Below are positions 13,246 through 25,688 of a stretch of 38,428 nt of DNA, piece after piece (the stretch's first letter is position 1; each line of letters begins with the position of its first letter). A program made the translations under genes and the position numbers. This DNA comes from Octopus bimaculoides (Eukaryota). The stretch covers positions 181,679,860 through 181,718,287 of the forward strand of contig NC_068982.1 in NCBI RefSeq assembly GCF_001194135.2, written 5' to 3'. The notes below the pieces were generated by a model, which saw nothing but the letters and a program-made list of their open reading frames with translations, did no database searches and was not told where the DNA came from.

Positions 13246-14256
13246 TATCCTCCTCCTGGCTTGCGAATGATTCTGTAAACTACGAAACAAATGATAGTCT
13301 GGAGGAGCAGAGACAGGAAAATAGGGTGGATGAGGAAATTTTTCCCAACCAAGATTTTCGATCTTCTGTGATGCGGTCTCTGCAGTGTTGGGTCACGCAT
13401 TGTCCTGAGGAAACATCACTCCTTTTCGAAACACTAAAGCGGGTCTTTTTTTTTACTTCAAAGCTTGGTTCAAACGCTCTAATTGCTGATACTAGACATG
13501 AATATTGATTGTCGCATTAGGTGGTAACAATTGAAAGGGAATTACATCTTTGCAATACCACCACATAGACAGAAGAACCTTTTCTCCTAGATGTTCCCTT
13601 CTCCGTTGTGGCTGAGCTTTTTCCCTTTTACCAAACCACTGTTTACGACGTTTAACGTTTCGATAGAAGATACATTTTTCATCACAAGTCACAAGTCTAT
13701 CCAAACAGGGCGAAATACGTTCGCGAGAATGCAGAGAAGAACAGATGTCAACTCCGGATTTGCGATTGCTTTCGGACAATTCATGAGACACCCATTTTCC
13801 AAGTTTAGGAATCTTTCCAAGTTGTTGAAGATGACGATGAACAGTTGTATGGTTTGAACTAAGCTTTATTGCCAATTCTTCAACTGATAATGCAGGAGTT
13901 TCTTCATGTAATGCCTCGAGGAACGTATCATCAAACTCAACAAATCTGCATCTTTAAGGCTGAAATTTCCACTTCTGAATTTTGCAAACCAGCTTCTGCA
14001 AGTTCTTCCATTGAAGCATTCTTTCCCATAAACTGAGTGTATGTTTCGAGTCGCTTCGGCTGCTGAGTTTCCATTTTTGTACACATAAATCATTATGTAC
14101 CTTAAATGCTCTTTGGATACTTCCATGTTAGAAAGGGTTTTAATCAAAGAATTTTTAATTCTCTTATTCTGTAAAATAATATTTAATTAGTTCAAATGTA
14201 CACAAATGCATAAAAATATTTTTTAATTCCATTAGACATTCTAAAATATCATTAAA
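13246..14256 (-). pseudogene. Mariner transposase pseudogene (family B), 3'-truncated, 5' end running into gap 14257-14837
   Basis: MEVSKEHLRYIMIYVYKNGNSAAEATRNIHSVYG..CRSWFAKFRSGNFSL (HTH), then IKLSSNHTTVHRHLQQLGK..KWVSHELSE..LVTCDEKCIFY..LLSMWW..LLPPNATIN; QDNA and HPPY..APPDYHLF motifs follow; several frameshifts. Confidence 0.95.
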
Positions 14257-14837
14257 NNNNNNNNNNNNNNNNNNNNNNNNNNNNNNNNNNNNNNNNNNNN
14301 NNNNNNNNNNNNNNNNNNNNNNNNNNNNNNNNNNNNNNNNNNNNNNNNNNNNNNNNNNNNNNNNNNNNNNNNNNNNNNNNNNNNNNNNNNNNNNNNNNNN
14401 NNNNNNNNNNNNNNNNNNNNNNNNNNNNNNNNNNNNNNNNNNNNNNNNNNNNNNNNNNNNNNNNNNNNNNNNNNNNNNNNNNNNNNNNNNNNNNNNNNNN
14501 NNNNNNNNNNNNNNNNNNNNNNNNNNNNNNNNNNNNNNNNNNNNNNNNNNNNNNNNNNNNNNNNNNNNNNNNNNNNNNNNNNNNNNNNNNNNNNNNNNNN
14601 NNNNNNNNNNNNNNNNNNNNNNNNNNNNNNNNNNNNNNNNNNNNNNNNNNNNNNNNNNNNNNNNNNNNNNNNNNNNNNNNNNNNNNNNNNNNNNNNNNNN
14701 NNNNNNNNNNNNNNNNNNNNNNNNNNNNNNNNNNNNNNNNNNNNNNNNNNNNNNNNNNNNNNNNNNNNNNNNNNNNNNNNNNNNNNNNNNNNNNNNNNNN
14801 NNNNNNNNNNNNNNNNNNNNNNNNNNNNNNNNNNNNN
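14257..14837. other. Assembly gap; the other gaps are 2098-2270, 16365-16653, 17899-18150, 24210-24219, 24886-25639, 29249-29495 and 30650-31195
   Basis: N runs, mostly abutting microsatellites or repeats. Confidence 1.
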
Positions 14838-15697
14838 ATGTATATATATATATATATACATACATCTGTGTGTGTGTGTTATTCTTAATTCCACTCTAAC
14901 TCTGGATAGAAACCGCATTATCTATTTTCTATTTTTGGACTATGGTACGATATTTCAATGATAGGTCTCACCTGTGGTGCTCTATTTTCGTTGATGCTTT
15001 CTTACGGATGTATAATTGGAAATGTTATTCACTACGATAGCTATATATTCTCTGAAAGCTTTTTAAAAATGGTAAATATTTCACTCCAATTTGTGGTCCT
15101 GATGTTGAAATTACTATGCATGATAGAATATTTTGCGATATTAATAAGAATTTGCGTGTAAAACTTAACCATACAACGTGTAATTTGGGATCGTGTGATA
15201 GAGCTGACATACAAACAACACAGTGTTTTTATACTTTACTATGAATCACTACAAATTGCGAGGTATGTTTACGAAGCTGTCAATTACATATTTCACAATC
15301 TCTTGCTAATTATTTACTCTTGACAATAAGGTTATGTTTCAAAATGATTTCGACATGCTTTTCATATTTTGAAGGAAGATGTCAAAGCTAGTGTTATGAC
15401 ACATTCATCACTTTAGCGCAAAGTGACGAAACTATAATGTACAATTGCTATTCTATGTATTTGTATATGTGCATAAGCATTTTGACAATCAGTAATATAA
15501 TGCAATAGTATAAGTCCGTATTCTCTCACCGTTTCTCTGAACAATATATTTATATATAAGTATATTTACAGATATCCATATCCATATACATGTATGTATA
15601 TACATATATAGCTACATGTATGAATATATACAAATATGTAGATGTTTATCAGTGTTTATCACTCTTTATATTTCTGGACCTTATTATGTGTACGCAA

Positions 15698-15730
<33 letters not shown>

Positions 15731-18177
15731 CATGTCATATCGTAAGTTATGAAGTGAGTAAAACATGACTCGTGTTAGAGAACTGAGAGAAAGACTAATT
15801 TCTTGTAGCAAGATTTGGAAGCCAAAACGTGTTGCAGATGCGTTGAGCGAACCTGAAATGATGTATGAAGTGCTTGGCATTTCATTGGATTCTGATAAAA
15901 ATCCAACAGACCAAGTAATACTATCCTCTATCAATAAAGTTGTTGATTCTATAAACGTCGAAATTATTATTCAGACATTTACAAATGTATCGATTCCTTA
16001 TATGATGAAGAAAATCTGTAAAATTCTCCAGCGGCATTCGTGAAAGGATGCAAGGTTAAAGTAGGAGGGAAGTTGTTGGAGAAAGATAAGTGTGAAATGG
16101 GCAGAGGAAAAGTGTTTGAGAAGCGTTGATGGAAGAGGTGAACAGAAGATGACAGAGATAGGAAGGAGAAAGGTTAGTACGTGCGAGAAGTGAGAATATT
16201 TGTTAAATGAATGCAGATGGGAGATATTTCATTTGCCCAGTTCAGTGACCACAAGAAATTCGTGAATAACACTGGATATTCATTCGCACGTCTATAGTCG
16301 AAATCGAGCTGCTGGTAAATCTAACATATGCATGGTAAAAAACATACTCAGTTATATATACAAANNNNNNNNNNNNNNNNNNNNNNNNNNNNNNNNNNNN
16401 NNNNNNNNNNNNNNNNNNNNNNNNNNNNNNNNNNNNNNNNNNNNNNNNNNNNNNNNNNNNNNNNNNNNNNNNNNNNNNNNNNNNNNNNNNNNNNNNNNNN
16501 NNNNNNNNNNNNNNNNNNNNNNNNNNNNNNNNNNNNNNNNNNNNNNNNNNNNNNNNNNNNNNNNNNNNNNNNNNNNNNNNNNNNNNNNNNNNNNNNNNNN
16601 NNNNNNNNNNNNNNNNNNNNNNNNNNNNNNNNNNNNNNNNNNNNNNNNNNNNNTCCAACGTAGGTCATATATCAGCCTGTGAATATAAAGATTTACTTTT
16701 CGTAATGAGATAAAAAACCAAGGCTGTGTATAATATAAAACATTTATAAATAATAGAATATCTATATATCCTTCGTATCGCAGATAAATACCCGCAGTTG
16801 AAATTGAGTATTATGATCACATATTACCATTTTCACACACGCACAGATATAATGTAATGCTTCACTGTCTCTATAAATATTTATATGTATAAGTATGACC
16901 TGCTACAGTATGTGCGAAGAATGAATGTCCAAGTGAAAAAGTGTATGAATGTATGTAGAGCATTACAGGGAAGCTCAATGAATGTTAGCCCCAAATTATG
17001 TAAGAAAAGACATTAGAAAAACACAAATATTCATCTAAATATGAACAACAATGAATGTGTATTTTAAATTAATGTACGTCATTGATATATAAACATTCTA
17101 TATGATCCACACACTGCAATAGATGTGACGCAGCATTGACTTAGAAAGAAGAACTCAATTGCGATTTTATGGTCTGATTAAGACAAGTGATTTTTTGTTG
17201 TAGGTGTCGTCTGTAGAGGGCGGACCGTATCTGAAAAGGCCGAGTATTGTAAGGAGTTTTATGAAGTGGTTGAGCGCGTTGAAAGTGTTTAACATATGTT
17301 GCATTCTGAAACGAGCCTTGCGGAAGTTACAACTGGGAAGACACCTGATTCGTGAAGAATAATAACGTAGTGAAGATGCACGTGAATTTTATAGTATTTT
17401 GTACCGGAAATTTAGAAACGCGGATTGTTGAAAAGGAAAGGAGCATTGGTGTGACTTAGATATGCGTGTGATTATGCGTGTATGAATTTCAGAATTGCGG
17501 AGAAATTTACGTCCCCTTCAGTTTATTGGCAGGTACAAGGAATGGCTATGCAGATAGAGAACAGGGAAAACTCTAACTGAGGTTGTTTTTAACCAACAGT
17601 ACGCTCGATTTAATAAATACTAAATCTTCTCAAGTGGCATTGCAGTTTAATAAGATGATACATAATCTAAACATTCAGGCATCTAGTGGGATACTAGAAT
17701 ATTTACTATTTCAGTCATTGGAATTATAGCGGACGGTAACAGTAAATGCGGATGTGATTTTAGTAGTGCAAATATCATGAAAGCTAACATACGTATCAAA
17801 ACTGGAGGTAAAATGTCCAGTACTGGAGAAAATTATGTAGTGAGATAATTACTGATATTAAGTTTTGGATAATGGATAGTTACGCCAGTTGCCACACANN
17901 NNNNNNNNNNNNNNNNNNNNNNNNNNNNNNNNNNNNNNNNNNNNNNNNNNNNNNNNNNNNNNNNNNNNNNNNNNNNNNNNNNNNNNNNNNNNNNNNNNNN
18001 NNNNNNNNNNNNNNNNNNNNNNNNNNNNNNNNNNNNNNNNNNNNNNNNNNNNNNNNNNNNNNNNNNNNNNNNNNNNNNNNNNNNNNNNNNNNNNNNNNNN
18101 NNNNNNNNNNNNNNNNNNNNNNNNNNNNNNNNNNNNNNNNNNNNNNNNNNNATATATATATATATATATATATATCT

Positions 18178-18476
18178 ATCGTGATCAATCAGACTATCCA
18201 ATGTTGTTAGACATCGTTAATCACAATACGCTTTGCATCGTTTTAACTTTCGCATGATGCCACCAGGCTGGTTAGGCGAGCAGGTCTGCATTTCTCCTGC
18301 CCGATAGTCAAGTCCATCGCAAGCTTACCCATTAATAACTGACTGCAATGGAGCAACTTGAAATGAAGCGATATGAAGTGTTTTTCTGAGGAAATCAACT
18401 CACCGTTCGGTCCGGAAATCGAGCCCCCAATATAGTGATCGGGAAGACAACATACTGAATAACAGTATACGCGCCG
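18178..18476 (-). mobile_element. Degenerate tRNA-derived SINE
   Basis: Reverse complement has a GGCGCG head, CTCGATTTCCGGACCG B-box-like motif, AAAACACTTCAT..GTTGCTCCA body and GGTGGCATCATGCGAAAGTTAAAACGATGCAAAGCG tail. Confidence 0.65.
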
Positions 18477-18606
18477 TCGAATTCTTTTTTTCACTTTAGA
18501 AACTATACTTTCGCGGGGAGAAATGTATGCTGCTCACGTCAATGTATCTCAAGTTTTACAAACCCAATATGTATGCACTATTATTTATATCTTATCTGCT
18601 TCGGCG

Positions 18607-18830
18607 GAGGCATGTGACTTAGTTGTTAGGCGTTGCTGTTTCGATTCCTGGTCCGGGCGATGTGTCGTGTTCTTGAGCAAAACAACTTAATTTTCCGTTG
18701 ATCCAGTCCGCTCAGCTGATAGAAATGAGTAATCCTGCAACGGACCGGTACCCCGGCCAGAGTGGAGGGATATATATGCAATGGAAACCGGAAAACCGGC
18801 CCTATGAGTTAATATGACACAAGAAGGACG
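18607..18830 (+). mobile_element. Degenerate tRNA-derived SINE with head deletion
   Basis: GGAGGCATGTGACTTAGTTGTTAGG A-box, TTTCGATTCCTGG B-box, TGTTCTTGAGCAAAAC body and GGAAACCGGAAAACCGGCCCTATGAG tail. Confidence 0.75.
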
Positions 18831-21049
18831 AATTGATGTTTCTTTTTCATGGTAGAACGCATGTCATGCCTACAGGGGTATTCCAGTTTTATTTGCTTTT
18901 AGATTCACCCTTCGTAAAAGAATATACATAAGATGAACTCTCCCATCGAATACGATGTTTGAGCATCCAGCTTTCACAGAACGACCTGCACAAATGATTT
19001 TTTTTATAGTGATCAGATGTATGTGCTGCGTATTAGGCCCCTCTCTCCGTCAAATTGACGCTGTCCGAAAGGATGAACCGTGTGCCATACGTCAGGTATC
19101 GAAGAGATTGCTTATGAACGTGAAATGAAATGCTGAAACCACGATCTCGCCCTAAGTGTGTGTGTGCGTGTGTGCGCGCGTGTGCGTGTGTGCGCGCGTG
19201 TGTGCGTGTGTGTTTGTGTGATATGTCTCATTTCAAGTTACTTTGTAGCAAACAAATAGTAGTGTAATCATAAACTATGTTCTAGTGGATAGAAACATTT
19301 TAATCTCACAAAACTTTACTCAAAGACTTTATTACAAACAGTTTTATCTCTTAAGGTAATGCAGACCCGGTGATGGATATTTCGAATAGATATGTCTGTT
19401 CCAACTCACTTCATTAGTTCATACAACTTATTGATATGCATTGTTATGTATGTTGAATGTATTTAATATACGCGGTTGATCTCAACTAAAATAATGCTTG
19501 GAAATTCCATATTGTGAATAAAATATTGAGAGAAGTTATCGTCATTTACTGGAGAAAATTTTACGAATGTACTCTTATAAGTGAGTTCACTCCAATTTCC
19601 CCATTCTCTTCTGGCAATTGTAATTGGAAGGAGCAATGTATTTTAAAGATATAGATTTGTAGATGGACCGGATTGATAATCACGTTTCAACCAAGAAGAC
19701 AATAAATGTTCACAAAACCATTGCGGCAGAATATCTAAAAGTAGCTACTTTTATCTTTTTTATTAAGTGAACCTAGATTCTAAATATGATGAACCCACAA
19801 CTGAATAGGCTTTCAGCTTCATAGCAACGTAAAAAAAAATAACATAAAGTAGGTTTTGCTAGGAATAAATGCGAACGCTATATGCCAAATATCTGTATAT
19901 GATAAAATATCTCTTTTAATATATTATACTATCGATCACACAGTGGAATGTCATTACTTGAAAATGATGTGATAGAGTGATATATGTTTAAGTGAATTAC
20001 GATATCGATATAATAGTATTGTATAATCTGAGAGAAACACACGAAAAAATAAATGTGTCTACGAAATAGCTCTAAATGGATGTATTAGAGAGATTTTTTT
20101 GTTATTGTGAATGTTGCATTATCTTAGCAGTGTATATTCAATGTGTATATATGAATATGTGTGTATGTGTGTGTGTTTTCACATGTACATATCTTCACGT
20201 ATATATGGAAGAATTGTCGTATATGTCAGCGCGTACAGGTATGTGTGTGCACATTTTTGCATAGGTGGGCCTCGATGCATATACAAGCATAAAATAATCT
20301 ACACTGTATATAAAAAAATATATTCATTTTAAACATCAACTGCAGACATAGCTGAAATATTTCACCATTGTTTCGTAAGAGTTCCGCTGCCGATTATTTC
20401 AAACAACTGATGCCTTTACTTTTACAGACTTTTCTATATCCTTGCCTAATATAATTTTGGTTTTACTGAGTGCTTCCAATATAAACTAACATATGTATAG
20501 ATAACATATGTATAGATTTTGGTTTATATATGTCAGTAAAATGAATGAAAAACAAATCGGTAAACATATGCGTAGTCAGAGAAAAAACGTACAGTGGTAA
20601 GTCATGTTTACAAAGAGAAAGTCACAGAATAAGATATATGCAAAGTGAAAAAATAGAAATCGAAAATATAAATAGAGGGTGAAAGGGAATATCATACACC
20701 ATATAACAATTTTTTCTTAATGTATACGTTTTATACTGAGGTTAGAGTACGTTGCAAGCAAAAGTCAAGCCGTAAGTTTCAGCAATTTTATGAATTGATA
20801 CTGCATTCTATTATTTGAAAGCATAATATTCTTCACAACTCTTCTTAAGAAATAGAGTGTTTTTTCCAACCTCTTTTCTATTTTACTCACTATTTTCAGT
20901 AAATATTTATCTATAAACGCCTCGGTACGCTCTTATGTTTTCTAAACAATTTCTTATAAAAATATGGTTGCAGCAGTAAACATATATCAGTTAAGATTTA
21001 CGATAACACCATTCGTATATTAACAATGGAATAAATAGATAGATACATA

Positions 21050-21161
21050 TATACATCCATACATGCATACATACATATATACATAAACTATATGTATTCA
21101 GAAAACACACACACACTCACACACGCGTATACATACATACATGCATACATACATACATACA

Positions 21162-21192
<31 letters not shown>
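21050..21192. repeat. (TACA)n/(CA)n microsatellite
   Basis: Directly visible. Confidence 0.9.
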
Positions 21193-21194
<2 letters not shown>

Positions 21195-21199
21195 GCATA

Positions 21200-21530
21200 A
21201 TGTATATGTGGGAGCGGCCAAAAACAATATGAAACTGAGGCTGAATCACCACAGGTATACATTTAGAAACAGAAAGAGGAGGAACACTACAGGAGGAAGT
21301 GACTATATATGGGAATTTAAGAATGAGGAAATTAACTATAATTTACATTGGAAAATCTTAACAACAGCACCAGCGTATAGTACTAGAATCAGAAAATGTA
21401 TGTTATATATTAATGAAATTTTCTTTGTAATTAACGGTAAACTTCCGCTTATAAACAGTCGTAATGAATGCAACAATACTGTCTTCATAGAAATAGGCAT
21501 ACTTTCTCCAAATACCACTAGCACCTAGTA
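21200..21530 (+). mobile_element. Penelope-like retroelement GIY-YIG endonuclease fragment
   Basis: YVGAAKNNMKLRLNHHRYTFRNRKRRNTT..SDYIWEFKNEEINYNLHWKIL..A.AYS...RKCML...E.FF.I......LINSRNE matches the PLE C-terminal pattern YIG.T...FK.R..NH..SFR......T.LS.YIW.LK....Y.I.W.I....Y.....C.LC..EK..I......LN.RNE. Confidence 0.85.
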
Positions 21531-22006
21531 TTCAAACCCGTAATGACTCAATAATTATTCATGCTGTTGTTATTGCTCTGTTATATCATATGCTATATAT
21601 GTACAGGTATATAAACGAAGGTGTGCATATATACATGTATGTGTGAGTTTATATATTGCCATTATCTTTGTACCGATATCTGTACGTGTAAATGTATGTG
21701 TGTGCGCGCATGTATGTGTGTGCGTGTATTTGTGTGTGTGTGTGTGTGTGTTTGTGTGTATGCACATATGTATATGTATATTCGGTTATACATATAGTAA
21801 TCTGAGTATGCAAGTATAGTAATAAGTTAGGACATATATGTGTGTATAAATTAATGATCATACTTGTATGAGTATATATGACAAAAGAGGTAGGATTCAA
21901 AGCATTCGTTGTAGATATCTTCACGCAAATTTTGAAAATGAATATATACATGTATAGATATATGAAGTTCGGGATGAGGATCCGGACTGGGTCGATTCCG
22001 TATATA

Positions 22007-22060
<54 letters not shown>

Positions 22061-22759
22061 AGTGCACGCGTTAATATAGGTATATACAACATATCTGATT
22101 AGTACTCTAATTGGAGTATTTGTGGTTTTATGCATATACTTATGTTGTAATGTAAGTGGGCATATGCATGTACTTATGCATGTGTGTGTGCATATGCGAG
22201 GAGCTTTAGAGTATAGATTAAGACAAGTATGTTTGAGCATATAAAATGTTGTACACACATAAATTATGGTGTTAATATTTATATGATTTGCATTAGTATT
22301 AGAATACTTGGTAATCAGTAGATATACTTTGAAATCATACCTTTTCTTATACGTGTATGTGTGTGTGTGTGAGCATATCTATAATTAATTTAATTTAATG
22401 TATTTACTTATATTTGAAATGGTTGGAGCAAGAGTATGAACAGATATGTATACCAACAACCTGCCATTATGTTATGCAAATGTTATGTTCTTCCACTTTC
22501 TTGATAATAATAATAATATACACAGACTTGGCTTAAGCAATAGCATTAATAACCCCTCTATTAATAGACCTTAAACAAATACACAGAGATTAGCTCATCT
22601 TTTATAATACAATTAAACAATTAAATTACAACCCACAAATATGCAGTGTAATAACATTATGTAGCACTATTCTTGAGACTGGATCATGAATTTATATATA
22701 CATATATATGTGTGTTTGCGTGTGTATGTGTGTGTATATAAATTTGTGCATGCATATGC

Positions 22760-22800
<41 letters not shown>

Positions 22801-24029
22801 TAATAGAATTGATACGCAACCCCGATAAATAACCAATTAATTGCTTGATTATTTAATTAATTGATCGATTAGCTAATTGGCTGATTAGTTTACTCTCTGA
22901 TTATTTAAGTATTTTATTATTCAATTTCTAGCTGTAAATCAAAGAGTTATTCCCCTTCAACTAAGCAAAACATTACTATAAAACCTACGCAACGTAATAC
23001 ATCCTACCCCTTGATGACCCCTGCCCGTCAAATAAAACAATAAACTTAACTAAATAAATAGATGGACGGCATGACTGATTAGATGATTAATTGAACAACT
23101 CAGCACTATTGAATAGTGCCTTGCATATCATGCATTGTATCTGATGTAATATATTGTAAATAACAACTTAGAAAAATAACTTATCCGGTCACTTCTGATA
23201 TTTTTCCCTTATTAGAAATTGGTCCTTATAACTTTCAACAAAAAATTTCCCCCAGTATTACCCGTATAGTGTCGTAAATACATAGTTAATCCCCTAATTA
23301 GACGGATACGTGTATTCTACTTATTATATGCGATTTTATACATTTGTAATAACTTATTTCTCGTAAGAACTTAAATAAAATCACATCCCGTTAGTCATAT
23401 CACTCTAACCTATTAAACTCACTAACCTTTCCAATCATCAAGTTTTTTGCTTATATAATTCTTAATGTAATCTAATTTAATTTCATTTAATCTAATCCAA
23501 TCGAAACAGGTCTCGATATCAATTTTTACTCTCCTACCTGCCCATAGTTAACCATGACATTTGTTTTTATGTGTTCATGCATATACATGTTTTATATAGT
23601 TTCTTTATGTTATCTGTAAACCAATAACCAACCATAACAGCGTCATGGCCTTTCAAAAAAATAGCTGACCGCAACCCCCTCCCCATTACTAAATTATTAA
23701 CTAAAAAATAACGGAAAAATATCGGCAGCTAATACAGTATCTTAGTCACTAACTGGAGATATATTACCTTTAGTACCAACTGCTATCATAACTATTAATA
23801 TATACTTTCACCCTCGTAATGGGGACCATGATGTCAGGCCCTCAACTATAAACACATCGTATGTTTATGTATATGTTTACATTTATATGCAAGGAAAATA
23901 CGAACCACTGCAGGAATACACCCTTACTTACGCATGAAATATATGTGTGTCTATTTGTGCGTATATATATAAATATGTGTGTGTGTGTGCCTGTGTGTGT
24001 GTGTCTCTGTGTGTGTGTGTGTATGAAAA

Positions 24030-24209
24030 CGCATGGCTCAGTTATTAGAGCGAACTGCGTGTTGTGTTCTTGAGCAAGACACTTTATATCACGTTGCTCA
24101 GCTGTAGAAATGAGTTGCGACGTCACAGGTGCCAAGCTGTATCGGCCCCTTTGCCTTTCCCTTCGATAACATCGGTGGCGTGGAGAGGGAAGGCCAGTAT
24201 GCATGGACG
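24030..24209 (+). mobile_element. tRNA-derived SINE with B-box region deleted, cut off by the 10-N gap
   Basis: CGCATGGCTCAGTTATTAGAGCG A-box joined directly to TGCGTGTTGTGTTCTTGAGCAAGACAC; body GAGTTGCGACGTCACAGGTGCCAAGCTGTATCGG. Confidence 0.7.
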
Positions 24210-24219
24210 NNNNNNNNNN

Positions 24220-24870
24220 TAGCAGCTAAGCCCGGTTTCACTCGGTCATAGAACGACGCGAAGAGAGAAACGAAGACATAAAAAAGAGGAAGAAGTGGAT
24301 ACGAAGTGGTGTTTGGGCGACGGATCTAGGTAAAAAAAAAAAGAATATCATGGTGTGTTAGTAAGGAGAGCAACGCAAGACTGGACTTACGTGGGCTGGC
24401 AGGACGATGAAAAAATTACGGAGTTGAAATAGTAGCAGTTGAAGTTGCCGTTGTTATCATTGGAGTGCCTCTTGGTAGACAACATTCTTCGTCCTTCCCT
24501 CGGGTACACAAATAGAAAGACCATGGGAACAGCCAACGTACAGTTTTGCGTGTGAAAATACTTGCTCTGTCAGATTCAAACCAACCGCTTGCACTAATTG
24601 TCCCTCCGCCTTGTTGATTGTCATGGGAAAGCAGAGTTTGATGGGAAATTGCATCTGTTTAAACTTGTAGGTCGTATCGGAGTGGGTAAGGGACATGGGA
24701 TTTATAAGTATGTCTTAGCCAGCAGCCGGTTCATTCAAGATTGTTGCCTACAGAACTCGGGAGCAGAATTTTTTGATAATCATTCCCATACCATTGTACA
24801 TTATTGCAGCATTTAAATTCCTTAGCATCATGATTGGCGCGCCAACTTTCAGATGCAGTTCGTGAGCTGG
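24220..24870 (-). mobile_element. Helitron 3' end: PIF1-type helicase C-terminus (24457-24870), 3' UTR and terminal hairpin
   Basis: One frame with two in-frame stops: PAHELHLKVGAPIMMLRNLN...NG...IKK...*ATIL...G*DILI...QFPIKLCFPMTINKAEGQ...VGLNL...FSHAKLYVGCS...KNVVYQEALQ*. Terminus ...CCGAGTGAAACCGGGCTTAGCTGCTA[N] fits a GC hairpin followed by CTAG/CTRR. Confidence 0.92.
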
Positions 24871-25639
24871 TATATATATATATATNNNNNNNNNNNNNNN
24901 NNNNNNNNNNNNNNNNNNNNNNNNNNNNNNNNNNNNNNNNNNNNNNNNNNNNNNNNNNNNNNNNNNNNNNNNNNNNNNNNNNNNNNNNNNNNNNNNNNNN
25001 NNNNNNNNNNNNNNNNNNNNNNNNNNNNNNNNNNNNNNNNNNNNNNNNNNNNNNNNNNNNNNNNNNNNNNNNNNNNNNNNNNNNNNNNNNNNNNNNNNNN
25101 NNNNNNNNNNNNNNNNNNNNNNNNNNNNNNNNNNNNNNNNNNNNNNNNNNNNNNNNNNNNNNNNNNNNNNNNNNNNNNNNNNNNNNNNNNNNNNNNNNNN
25201 NNNNNNNNNNNNNNNNNNNNNNNNNNNNNNNNNNNNNNNNNNNNNNNNNNNNNNNNNNNNNNNNNNNNNNNNNNNNNNNNNNNNNNNNNNNNNNNNNNNN
25301 NNNNNNNNNNNNNNNNNNNNNNNNNNNNNNNNNNNNNNNNNNNNNNNNNNNNNNNNNNNNNNNNNNNNNNNNNNNNNNNNNNNNNNNNNNNNNNNNNNNN
25401 NNNNNNNNNNNNNNNNNNNNNNNNNNNNNNNNNNNNNNNNNNNNNNNNNNNNNNNNNNNNNNNNNNNNNNNNNNNNNNNNNNNNNNNNNNNNNNNNNNNN
25501 NNNNNNNNNNNNNNNNNNNNNNNNNNNNNNNNNNNNNNNNNNNNNNNNNNNNNNNNNNNNNNNNNNNNNNNNNNNNNNNNNNNNNNNNNNNNNNNNNNNN
25601 NNNNNNNNNNNNNNNNNNNNNNNNNNNNNNNNNNNNNNN

Positions 25640-25688
<49 letters not shown>

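Noticed and set aside
15765-16230. 92-aa ORF and adjacent purine-rich tract, possible CR1-like LINE 3' end on the minus strand
   Set aside because: No recognisable domain motif; the similarity is only compositional
17200-17400. Possible exon or Penelope RT remnant (LNTFNALNHFIKL)
   Set aside because: No YVDD-like motif; three alternative readings are equally weak
23103-23119. Palindrome GCACTATT-G-AATAGTGC
   Set aside because: An 8-bp stem is expected by chance in 38 kb of AT-rich DNA
22930-23850. C-rich, G-poor strand skew suggesting a mitochondrial insertion
   Set aside because: No mitochondrial gene, rRNA or tRNA could be recognised in the part I translated
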